A stretch of 20,876 nucleotides of DNA from IMG/VR virus record IMGVR_UViG_2537562015_000013, one strand, 5' to 3'. The notes beneath the pieces were generated by a model. It made no database searches. It was not told the origin of the DNA and worked only from the letters and a program-made list of their open reading frames with translations. The position numbers were made by a program, and so were the translations under genes. Below are positions 1 through 7,801 of this stretch, one piece after another (the first letter of the stretch is position 1; the number at the start of each line of letters is the position of its first letter). The DNA comes from a virus (taxonomy: Duplodnaviria > Heunggongvirae > Uroviricota > Caudoviricetes).

Positions 1-90
1 TTGCCTCCCCCCCGTTGATGGGTAAAATAGCCGCAATTTTTCGTTTTCAACAAGCGCGGCGCGATGCCGCTTACTCAAGAAGAAAGAATT

Positions 91-165
91 ATGACGTTGT
101 CTCCTTATTTGCAAGAGGTGGCGAAGCGCCGCACTTTTGCCATTATTTCTCACCCCAATAATTAA
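91..165 (+). pseudogene. prfC: Displaced 5' end of peptide chain release factor 3 gene: 22 native codons ([22 protein letters not shown]), then two foreign codons and a stop
   Basis: Translation from ATG 91 matches the RF3 N-terminus as I recall it, then diverges after CACCCC (151-156) into AAT AAT TAA; the GTP-binding P-loop that should follow is absent. Sits directly upstream of the integrase. Confidence 0.6.
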
Positions 166-318
166 GCCCAAATTAAAGCTCTTTTACTCTTTCAAAATCC
201 TTTCAGTTAATTGAACTTGAGCTATATAACTCATTTAAATACATTTGGTTATGTGGCTTCTTTAATTGAAAATTCTTTCATGTAACTTTAAATCGATCAG
301 TTTGCTTTCATCAAAAAT

Positions 319-377
319 CTGTACATATGCTTGTACATAATGTACAAAACAGCAGAGGTGTTTTGCGATTTGTACAA
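319..377. promoter_or_regulatory. Cluster of four TGTACA hexamers, including a 17-bp palindrome TTGTACATAATGTACAA, immediately upstream of int
   Basis: TGTACA at 320-325, 332-337, 341-346 and 371-376; the palindrome spans 331-347; the int start codon is at 386. Candidate operator or arm-type sites. Confidence 0.4.
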
Positions 378-385
378 GGTGAGTA

Positions 386-1609
386 ATGGCGTTGTCTGAT
401 GCGTGGTTGCGTTCAGTCGTTGGAAAGGAACGTGATAAGGTTTTGGTTAAATCCGATCGTGATGGTCTGTCTGTCAGAGTATCACCGAAAGGTCGCGTAG
501 TGTTCCAATATCGTTATCAATGGGCAGGGAAAGGTGAGCGTCTTGATATCGGAACTTACCCGGCAACTGGATTAAAAGAGGCCAGAGAAGAAGTTATCCG
601 TCTCCGTGGTGAACTTGAGTCAAACCGTAATCCACGATTGGTCAAGCAGGCTGAAAAACGAAAAGCTACTGAAGCCATGACGGTAGAGTCTGTGATCCGT
701 GCCTGGTATGAAGCATATTGTGTAAAAAATAAAAAAGGTTCTGAACAGATACTCCGCTCGTTTGAGCTGCACCTGTTCTCTAAAATCGGGAATATCCCTC
801 ACGATGCAGCTACATTGCATGATTGGTTAGAAGTCCTGGAGCCTCTTAGCACTAAGACTCCAGCAATAGCAGACCGATTGCTAATTAACGCAAAGCAGGC
901 CCATGTCTGGGCGTATAAGAGAAAGCTCATTGAAACTCGCCCGCTGTCGGATATCACGGGTAAAGATATGGATATCCGTAAAGGTCAGAAGAAACGGTTT
1001 CTGACACATGATGAAATTAAAATCCTTTATGCTGCGATCGATGGTTCTCGAATGGTTCCTAAATACCGGGCCTTCATTAAGCTATTGCTGCATTTTGGCT
1101 GCCGTAGTTCAGAGCTAATTACTGCCAGGGTGGGCGATTTTGATTTCATTAATAAGGTATGGACTGTACCACCAGAACGACATAAGACTGGAGAGATAAC
1201 AGGCGAACCGCTAAAGAGGCCCATTATTGAACCGGTGGAGGAGCTTATAAAGAACGCTATCTCTATGAACAATGGTTCCGATATGCTTTTTACTAAGGAA
1301 GGAAGCAGGGAACCCGTTGGTCGAACATCATTGCAGTCGCTGCCTTACAATTTAATGCAGTACGCATGGAGGCGTTTGGGGCATCAATTCCCTCATTGGT
1401 CTCTTCATGATTTGAGGCGAACAGCACGAACAAACTTTTCTGATCTTACTGCTCCTCATATTGCAGAAATAATGCTCGGCCATAAACTGCCAGGGGTTTG
1501 GCAGGTTTATGACCAGAGCGATTATCTAGAAGAACAGCGTAAAGCATATCAGGCATGGTGGGAGAGAGTTGAATCGATCGTTACTTGTACTGGCCCAGAA
1601 TCTACCTGA
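386..1609 (+). CDS. int: Tyrosine site-specific integrase (P4/CP4-57-like)
   Basis: 407-aa ORF with an N-terminal arm-binding-type domain and a C-terminal catalytic region containing HDLRRTARTNFSDL and a LGH...Y tail; SD-like AAGGTGAG upstream; located next to the att junction. Confidence 0.93.
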   Translation: MALSDAWLRSVVGKERDKVLVKSDRDGLSVRVSPKGRVVFQYRYQWAGKGERLDIGTYPATGLKEAREEVIRLRGELESNRNPRLVKQAEKRKATEAMTVESVIRAWYEAYCVKNKKGSEQILRSFELHLFSKIGNIPHDAATLHDWLEVLEPLSTKTPAIADRLLINAKQAHVWAYKRKLIETRPLSDITGKDMDIRKGQKKRFLTHDEIKILYAAIDGSRMVPKYRAFIKLLLHFGCRSSELITARVGDFDFINKVWTVPPERHKTGEITGEPLKRPIIEPVEELIKNAISMNNGSDMLFTKEGSREPVGRTSLQSLPYNLMQYAWRRLGHQFPHWSLHDLRRTARTNFSDLTAPHIAEIMLGHKLPGVWQVYDQSDYLEEQRKAYQAWWERVESIVTCTGPEST

Positions 1610-1805
1610 CAGCTTGCGTAGCCCTGACAGTCTGTTTTGAGCGAACAGTGGACATTTTCAATGGCATTCTTGAGTAGGTTACGCTTAGACCAGAAGTAAG
1701 AGGTGATAGAATTATCAACAATACATAAAACATAGGGGATCCTTATTGATTTATTGATCTTGACCAACTTATGTGATGCAGTATGTCTTTAACTTGTATT
1801 ACTAT

Positions 1806-1829
1806 TATCTTTATCTTTATCTTTATCTT
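1806..1829. repeat. Perfect tandem hexamer repeat (TATCTT)x4 in the upstream region of the cargo gene
   Basis: Four exact copies at 1806-1811, 1812-1817, 1818-1823 and 1824-1829, about 40-65 bp upstream of ATG 1872. Confidence 0.9.
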
Positions 1830-1871
1830 GTTGTTTCTAATAAACTTATCTTATTTCAGAAAGGAGTTTCT

Positions 1872-3572
1872 ATGCATTTAGTCACGAAATCTTATTTCGA
1901 TGCCTTTTGCAAAGCATTCGCTGCGCCCTATGAGGAGACCAAAAATTTTGAGGCGTTTGTGAACTATTGTGCTTTTTCAAAATACTCAGGCGACAAAGTT
2001 GAGGTCAGTGATCTTGTGTATGAAGGCCCGGACCCTGGTATTGATGGAGCATTTTTATTTTTAGACGACAGAGCCATTTTTTCAACTGAAGAACTTCAGG
2101 AGATTTTCCAAAACTCACGTCGCGAGTTTCAAGTTTCATTAGTATTCACGCAAGCTAAGTCATCGGAGAAGTGGAGCAAACAGGAAATAGACTCTTACAT
2201 TGCGTCAATAAGAGATTATCTTTCACCAGCGCCACAACAACCCCACAGTGAATATCTAGCGGACTTTAAAAAAATGTTCAACTTGATATTTGCTAATATC
2301 GGCAGAGTCAAAAATGGCCTTCCAGACTTATACGCATATTTTTTTAGTGCTGCACAAAATACAGAGGCCAGAGAAATAAAAGCTGCATTTGCATCGGGTG
2401 AAAAAAGCTTAAAGTCACTCGGGTTTTCACATGAAACATCCTTCATTATGGCTCACAAAGACATGATTCATGAGCTTTGGCTTGCTGCGGAAGGTCCAAT
2501 AGAAGCTAAACTTCCTACAATAGGCTATGCTCCATTCCCAGCGGCCCCTAATATTAATAATGCCTATGTAGCTACAGTCAAAGCTCGTAGTTTTATTGAT
2601 TCTATACTTAAAGACAAAAATGGAAACCCTCGAAAAAAATTATTCGAAGAAAATGTTAGAGATTTTCTGGGAATTGATGGTGACGTAAATTCAGAAATTG
2701 CAGGAACACTAGATACTGATGGAAAAAAAGCAAGATTTGGTTTAATGAATAATGGAGTGACAATAGTTGCATCAAGCGTGAGGCCTGCAGGGCAAGAAAT
2801 TTTTATACGAGATTTTCAAATTGTTAATGGATGTCAAACGTCTAATGTTCTTATATCAAAAGACATTCAAGTAGATGAATCAGTTAGTTTAATGATTAAA
2901 TTAATTGAAACCGATGAGCCAGCGATCCTTGATGACATTGTACGAGCTACGAATAGACAATCTAAAGTTGAAGATGCACAGTTCATTTCAACGCTAAAAA
3001 AATTAAGGGAATTAGAACATTATTTTAATGCTAAAGGTGCTATTGAAGGAAATAAAATTTATTTTGAGAGAAGAAAGGGGCAGTATAGTTCAGAAAGTAT
3101 AGCTCCAGTACGCATATTTGATATCAGAGAAGTTGCGCGAGCATATGCTGCTATTGTTATGATGAGACCAGATTATTCCAGTCGTTATCCAAATAGGTTA
3201 ACTGGTGACTTACTTAATGAGGTTTTCTCTTCCGATGCCCTCGAGGATGATTATTATATATCTTGCTATTGCTTGTATAGGCTAAAGGCTCTTATCTCAA
3301 ATAAGAGGTTTGATGGGAAGTATTCAAAATTACGCTGGCATATTCTAACTGCTGCGTCAAAATACTGTGGTAATAATTATAAGGCTTGGGGGTTCAAAAA
3401 TAAAAATGAAGCTCTTCATAACTTATTCTCAATGAATGATGGGGAGTGGTTTGAAAAACTTGAGAGTTTAGTAAAAATAGCTATACCAGATCCGGATATT
3501 TCTCGAGACTTACTAAAGTCGCAGCCTTTAACATCAACGATTCTCAAAAGTGTTGATAGCGTACCTAAATAA
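1872..3572 (+). CDS. AT-rich cargo ORF, about 566 aa; putative AIPR-like abortive-infection (phage resistance) protein
   Basis: Long ORF with SD AAGGAG 5 nt before ATG 1872 (the track ORF from 1773 includes translation of the hexamer repeat and is unlikely to be the real start). Composition is clearly more AT-rich than the flanking phage genes. Contains FGLMNNGVTIV...FQIVNGCQTS, which I recall as resembling the conserved core of the AIPR family; this is unverified. Confidence 0.8.
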   Translation: MHLVTKSYFDAFCKAFAAPYEETKNFEAFVNYCAFSKYSGDKVEVSDLVYEGPDPGIDGAFLFLDDRAIFSTEELQEIFQNSRREFQVSLVFTQAKSSEKWSKQEIDSYIASIRDYLSPAPQQPHSEYLADFKKMFNLIFANIGRVKNGLPDLYAYFFSAAQNTEAREIKAAFASGEKSLKSLGFSHETSFIMAHKDMIHELWLAAEGPIEAKLPTIGYAPFPAAPNINNAYVATVKARSFIDSILKDKNGNPRKKLFEENVRDFLGIDGDVNSEIAGTLDTDGKKARFGLMNNGVTIVASSVRPAGQEIFIRDFQIVNGCQTSNVLISKDIQVDESVSLMIKLIETDEPAILDDIVRATNRQSKVEDAQFISTLKKLRELEHYFNAKGAIEGNKIYFERRKGQYSSESIAPVRIFDIREVARAYAAIVMMRPDYSSRYPNRLTGDLLNEVFSSDALEDDYYISCYCLYRLKALISNKRFDGKYSKLRWHILTAASKYCGNNYKAWGFKNKNEALHNLFSMNDGEWFEKLESLVKIAIPDPDISRDLLKSQPLTSTILKSVDSVPK

Positions 3573-3579
3573 AGAGAAG

Positions 3580-3598
3580 GGAAGCTTATTGCTTCCCA
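3580..3598. terminator. Hairpin GGGAAGC-TTATT-GCTTCCC between the convergent cargo gene and the AlpA-like gene
   Basis: Perfect 7-bp stem with a 5-nt loop 8 bp after the cargo gene stop; a T-rich run follows on the minus strand (CTTCTCTTTATTT), so it may also terminate the leftward operon. Confidence 0.45.
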
Positions 3599-3810
3599 AT
3601 AAATTAACACACTTATAGAACCCTTGACTTAAACTTTTTACTGGTTCTCTCAGATATCGATAATTTTATAGGTTGTATCATAGCGTGATCGTCTTCAAGA
3701 GAAACAACTTAACATTAAATTAGCAACGTTTGCTCTTGGCACAGACTTGACTGTCAGATTAGTTTGGTCTGTGCCATAGATATGTCAGCTCCCATCTGAG
3801 ATAATACACG

Positions 3811-4005
3811 TTACTCAATAACTCCAGCAAATCTGTATATCTTGCGTGATGCCCATTTATTTGGGCAGGATTTAATATCAGGATCTGGAAAGTCAGGCCT
3901 GTATTTCTGGCCAGTTCTCCTGTTTACGCTGTTCCAGCGAAGAACAGTCGATACTGAAACGCCACAGAAGTCGGCGACTTGTTTAGTTGTCATTAAGTTG
4001 TTCAT
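3811..4005 (-). CDS. AlpA-family small DNA-binding protein (excisionase-like regulator)
   Basis: 64 aa; HTH-like TTKQVADFCGVSVSTVLRW followed by a W...FP.P...W pattern resembling AlpA/Xis-type proteins; strong SD AGGAGGTG; start overlaps the stop of the upstream gene. Confidence 0.6.
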   Translation of the reverse strand: MNNLMTTKQVADFCGVSVSTVLRWNSVNRRTGQKYRPDFPDPDIKSCPNKWASRKIYRFAGVIE

Positions 4006-4625
4006 TACTTCACCTCCTGCGGCGGCTCCGGTAGCGGCATCCAGTGGGTTACTTTCGATGCCGGTTCTTCCCTATCGTCAGTAACTGCCCACCATTTGTT
4101 TCTCGACCAATCGTAATACCCTTCGAAGGTATCGCACTCAGTCCAGCCGTAAGGCTTCCCCCAACACCAAACATACTGTTTATCGTTCGGCATTCGCTCA
4201 CTACAGCTTATCCAACCATCCGGAGTTACTGGAGAGTTGCCCGACAGCTTGTTCAACTTGTAAGTCTGGCTTACAGGTTCGGCACCATGAAGCATGGCGG
4301 CGCGGCAGGCGTTCCAGCCTTCATCAAAACCGACTATGCCATTATTTAAAGACGGACGAGCATCTGGCACCACCGGCACTGGCTTGGCTATATATAGCGG
4401 CTGAACATACCAGCCCTTTGATAACCAACTGTCAGCAATGTTTTTACTCCTCGTTATTGCCGGAATACCTAAGCCATTTTCTGAATGCAGCCATGCCACC
4501 GGCTCCTCTTCTAGCGATGCCAGAGCAATTTCATAAGCACGGCGCTCAATATCGTCTCGAACCTCTAGGCTGCTGATTCGTTCTTTGATTTCTTTAATCA
4601 GTTCTTTATCGGTAAATGTGGTCAT
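4005..4625 (-). CDS. DUF551-like phage protein
   Basis: 206 aa; Trp-rich C-terminus WISCSERMPNDKQYVWCW...THWMPLPEPP typical of DUF551-type prophage proteins; SD GGAGG; translationally coupled to its neighbours. Confidence 0.65.
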   Translation of the reverse strand: MTTFTDKELIKEIKERISSLEVRDDIERRAYEIALASLEEEPVAWLHSENGLGIPAITRSKNIADSWLSKGWYVQPLYIAKPVPVVPDARPSLNNGIVGFDEGWNACRAAMLHGAEPVSQTYKLNKLSGNSPVTPDGWISCSERMPNDKQYVWCWGKPYGWTECDTFEGYYDWSRNKWWAVTDDREEPASKVTHWMPLPEPPQEVK

Positions 4626-4987
4626 TATGCTCCAGCCTCCGGTGCTTTTGGCATTACTGCCCAGTGAGTGATATTGACGTTTTCAAGGTCCCCGACCTGA
4701 AATGTCCACTGCCATTCTCCGGTTTCTTTTTGCCCCCATGTATACCAGAGAGAACGCCAGCCAATCAGCCAGCCTTCTCCATTAGCATCAAATAACAAAA
4801 CACTTTCATTTGCTGGTGGCAGTTCAGTTGACACTGGTATTACTTTGTTTTCCTGTGCTGCACATTTAGCTTCAAGCGCATCGAATTTACGCACTAGGTA
4901 TTCAGCATCCGTTTCATTCACTTTCAGATCTCGCGGTACACATCTCCCACGAAGAAACCCTTCCATTTCGAAAACATTCATGCGCAT
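4625..4987 (-). CDS. Second small DUF551-like phage protein
   Basis: 120 aa; C-terminus GEWQWTFQVGDLENVNITHWAVMPKAPE repeats the W...THW..P motif; SD GGAG; overlaps both flanking genes. Confidence 0.55.
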   Translation of the reverse strand: MRMNVFEMEGFLRGRCVPRDLKVNETDAEYLVRKFDALEAKCAAQENKVIPVSTELPPANESVLLFDANGEGWLIGWRSLWYTWGQKETGEWQWTFQVGDLENVNITHWAVMPKAPEAGA

Positions 4988-5514
4988 TTGCGTAACTCCG
5001 ATAATTCGTTAAAGCGTTCCATAAACATCCCGTAGGCATGGCCTGGAGCCAGTGGAATCACGTTGAACATCTCTGTTGCCGGGATACCTTCCAGCACAGG
5101 CCAGAAAGAGCCATCATCAAGCCCGAGATCGCGGCGTTCGGTTGCCAGCATAATGAGATCGGCATATTTCACTGGCGTGCTCATAACAGGAGGTAACCCG
5201 TATTTCTCACGGATTACGGCGTCTATTTTTTCTTCCATCCGTTTATAGTCAGGAAGAAGTCGTTTCAGTGGTGCGGGGATGTCCTGGCAATATGCTTCTG
5301 TTGCATCATGCATTAAAGCTTCAAAAGCAAATTCCTGCGGCACCAGCTGGCTGCAAAGCACCGCATGTTGGGCGACGCTGTAGAAGTGAGAAAGATGACC
5401 GGCAAAGCGGCAGATATTTGAAAGGGAAAACGCGATATCGTTAATAACGATGTCGTCTTTATTTATCTTGTCATAATAAAAATGCTTCCCGGAAAAAGTT
5501 TTAATAAATGACAT
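4978..5514 (-). CDS. HD-domain phosphohydrolase (YfdR-like putative 5'-deoxynucleotidase)
   Basis: H...HD signature (SVAQHAV ... LMHDATEAY). I place the start at the internal Met (MSFIKTF...) because GGAG sits about 8 nt upstream; the track ORF extends to 5577. Confidence 0.7.
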   Translation of the reverse strand: MSFIKTFSGKHFYYDKINKDDIVINDIAFSLSNICRFAGHLSHFYSVAQHAVLCSQLVPQEFAFEALMHDATEAYCQDIPAPLKRLLPDYKRMEEKIDAVIREKYGLPPVMSTPVKYADLIMLATERRDLGLDDGSFWPVLEGIPATEMFNVIPLAPGHAYGMFMERFNELSELRKCA

Positions 5515-5642
5515 TTTGTTCTCCACTTTATATGCGCTGCACCGCGCTGAATTTTGGTTAAAGAAAACCCTCGCCATCAGGCGATTATTGAGTTAATTAC
5601 GTTTCCATAAATGCCCCCGCAGGGGCATTTGCAGTAATGAAA

Positions 5643-6467
5643 TCAGGCGGTGAAAGTACCAATAAAGGTTTCTACTTTGCTGTCTTTGAATTTTTCAACA
5701 AGCAGATCACGAAATTCGTTAGCCATTTCTTCCTGCACTGCTTCCAGCTGAATAATGCGCAGAACCAGTACAGGGCGATCACCAGTGATAATGCTGAGGC
5801 GTAATTTAAACGGACGTTCTTTCAGGCCTTCAAACGGAACGCATTTAAACTCAAATGCTACTGGCATAATGTCTTTGGTTTTCGCTTCGACAGACTCCAT
5901 CAGAGAGCGTTTGCCGCTGAAGTCATTGTCTTCAAAATCAGCGGTCTGGTTTGCTTCAATCGTGATTTTACGGACCGCCGCAGCCGCTTTTGTTGCCTGA
6001 ATGGCGTCACCATTAGCATCAAAGCCCACAAGGTAGTCGGCCCAGTCTTCAATCCATTCTGCCAGTGACTTCTGGGAGTTACGCTCGCCGTTAACAGACA
6101 ACAGGGCAGAGAACGGTGCTGTCTTTTTCAGTTTGAGAGTGGCGGTGTTATCTGCGTGACCTGGTTCATCAATAGTACCCAGGTTAAGCACACTGACGGC
6201 TCGCATATTATCAGCATCGATAAAGCAGCGGGTGCCTTCATCTGCAAGATCTTTAGAATAACGGGTAAAGTCATCGATGCTGGCAGTGGAAAGCGCACCA
6301 CGGAAACGGAAGCGATTTAAATTAAATTTTTCCAGATCATGAATGCGGAAATTCTCAGGCAATGCCACAGCATCGGCACCAATCTTACTGATAATTTCAT
6401 TAACACCCTGAGCAGAAATAAGGGCATGGATTTGATTAATTGCGGTTGTGTCTAAGTTCTGAGACAT
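5643..6467 (-). CDS. YfdQ-family (DUF2303-like) prophage protein
   Basis: 274-aa ORF with an SD (GAGG) upstream; sequence resembles the YfdQ protein of CPS-53-type prophages as I remember it. Confidence 0.65.
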   Translation of the reverse strand: MSQNLDTTAINQIHALISAQGVNEIISKIGADAVALPENFRIHDLEKFNLNRFRFRGALSTASIDDFTRYSKDLADEGTRCFIDADNMRAVSVLNLGTIDEPGHADNTATLKLKKTAPFSALLSVNGERNSQKSLAEWIEDWADYLVGFDANGDAIQATKAAAAVRKITIEANQTADFEDNDFSGKRSLMESVEAKTKDIMPVAFEFKCVPFEGLKERPFKLRLSIITGDRPVLVLRIIQLEAVQEEMANEFRDLLVEKFKDSKVETFIGTFTA

Positions 6468-6532
6468 AATAAGTCCTCACTATATAAAGATATTCAGTGA
6501 TGAGATAAATAATCAGTTTATTAAAAACGATA

Positions 6533-6707
6533 TTAACGACCTGCTGCGCGGAGTTTTCCGTCAGGTTCACCGGCAAGAGTCAGTAATTGTCCCTGGTCTT
6601 CCTGCAGAATAGTCAGGCGACCACCGCGATTGACATACATCGGCGTTTCGGTGGTGTCTTCTTCGGAAATTTTCCCGCGGTTAGTCGGGCGAACATATGA
6701 GAGTTTG
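6533..6707 (-). pseudogene. 3' fragment of a leftward early gene truncated by IS1
   Basis: The reading frame runs straight into the IS1 left end at 6708 with no native start codon (the track ORF begins on a TTG inside IS1); it lies in the operon directly upstream of the YfdQ-like gene. Confidence 0.45.
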
Positions 6708-6762
6708 GGTGATGCTGCCAACTTACTGATTTAGTGTATGATGGTGTTTTTGAGGTGCTCCA

Positions 6763-7038
6763 GTGGCTTCTGTTTCTATCAGCTGTCCCTCCTGTTCAGC
6801 TACTGACGGGGTGGTGCGTAACGGCAAAAGCACCGCCGGACATCAGCGCTATCTCTGCTCTCACTGCCGTAAAACATGGCAACTGCAGTTCACTTACACC
6901 GCTTCTCAACCCGGTACGCACCAGAAAATCATTGATATGGCCATGAATGGCGTTGGATGCCGGGCAACTGCCCGCATTATGGGCGTTGGCCTCAACACGG
7001 TTTTACGTCACTTAAAAAACTCAGGCCGCAGTCGGTAA
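6763..7038 (+). CDS. insA: IS1 InsA protein
   Basis: 91-aa product [43 protein letters not shown]...; the A6C slippery motif (TTAAAAAAC, about 7012-7020) lies near its 3' end. Confidence 0.93.
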   Translation: MASVSISCPSCSATDGVVRNGKSTAGHQRYLCSHCRKTWQLQFTYTASQPGTHQKIIDMAMNGVGCRATARIMGVGLNTVLRHLKNSGRSR

Positions 7039-7460
7039 CCTCGCGCATACAACCGGGCAGTGATGTGATTGTCTGCGCGGAAATGGACGAACAGTGGGGC
7101 TACGTCGGTGCTAAATCACGTCAGCGCTGGCTGTTTTACGCGTATGACAGGATACGGAGGACAGTTGTGGCGCACGTTTTCGGTGAACGCACTCTGGCCA
7201 CACTGGCGCGTCTTCTGAGCCTGCTGTCGGCCTTTGAGGTCGTGGTATGGATGACGGATGGCTGGCCGCTGTATGAATCCCGCCTGAAGGGAAAGCTGCA
7301 CGTAATCAGCAAGCGTTACACTCAGCGCATTGAGCGACATAACCTGAATCTGAGACAACATCTGGCAAGGCTGGGACGGAAGTCACTGTCGTTCTCAAAA
7401 TCGGTGGAGCTGCATGACAAGGTCATCGGGCATTATCTGAACATAAAACACTATCAGTAA
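6957..7460 (+). CDS. insB: IS1 InsB reading frame (made as the InsAB' transposase by -1 frameshift)
   Basis: 167-aa frame [27 protein letters not shown]...HYLNIKHYQ overlapping the insA 3' end. Confidence 0.9.
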   Translation: MPGNCPHYGRWPQHGFTSLKKLRPQSVTSRIQPGSDVIVCAEMDEQWGYVGAKSRQRWLFYAYDRIRRTVVAHVFGERTLATLARLLSLLSAFEVVVWMTDGWPLYESRLKGKLHVISKRYTQRIERHNLNLRQHLARLGRKSLSFSKSVELHDKVIGHYLNIKHYQ

Positions 7461-7801
7461 GTTGGAGTCACTACCCCGCCGCCGCAGTCCTTCATTTCTT
7501 ACCTGCTGACAAGTGGGTAACGCCACGCATGATGACGAGAACTACCGGAGTAAGCGAAGCCCGGTGCCAGTTAATACTGACTCAGTTAGTTCTGGCGGGT
7601 CTGGCGAAGGATAACGGCGGGTACGGGAATAAATTCAGACGCTGCCAGTAATGGCGGTTTCCTGCTGTGAAAATGGGCGGCTGGTGGGTGTTGGTAGCAC
7701 CTGCCAGCCATTCGCTCATGCTTACTGGTCACAAGCGAACCACGGCCCACTGCTTTAGCGCAAAAGCAGAGTGAGCCTACCAGAGTTACGCTTACTGATC
7801 C

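Larger units (their letters stand above)
6708..7475 (+). mobile_element. IS1 insertion sequence, complete 768-bp copy
   Basis: Left end GGTGATGCTGCCAACTTACTGAT at 6708 and right end GTTGGAGTCACTACC ending at 7475; carries insA and insB; the 9-bp flanks (GAGAGTTTG and CCGCCGCCG) do not match. Confidence 0.93.

Noticed and set aside
319-352. Possible LexA (SOS) box at CTGT...ACAG upstream of int
   Set aside because: The CTGT and ACAG elements are not spaced as CTGT-N8-ACAG; the repeated unit is TGTACA, so this is not a canonical SOS box.
1-385. tRNA gene as the integration target at the int-proximal end
   Set aside because: No tRNA-like sequence (acceptor stem or T-loop GGTTCGAATCC-type motif) is apparent; the junction instead lies in the prfC coding sequence.
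1773-1871. Upstream extension of the cargo ORF starting at 1773 (translation NLYYYYLYLYLYL)
   Set aside because: This stretch is the (TATCTT)4 repeat read in frame. There is no SD before 1773, whereas AAGGAG sits 5 nt before ATG 1872, so the shorter ORF is preferred.
7476-7801. tRNA genes, a Q gene or toxin (stx-type) genes between IS1 and the lysis region
   Set aside because: There is no ORF of useful length and no tRNA-like structure here; the methyltransferase is the only gene between IS1 and the holin.
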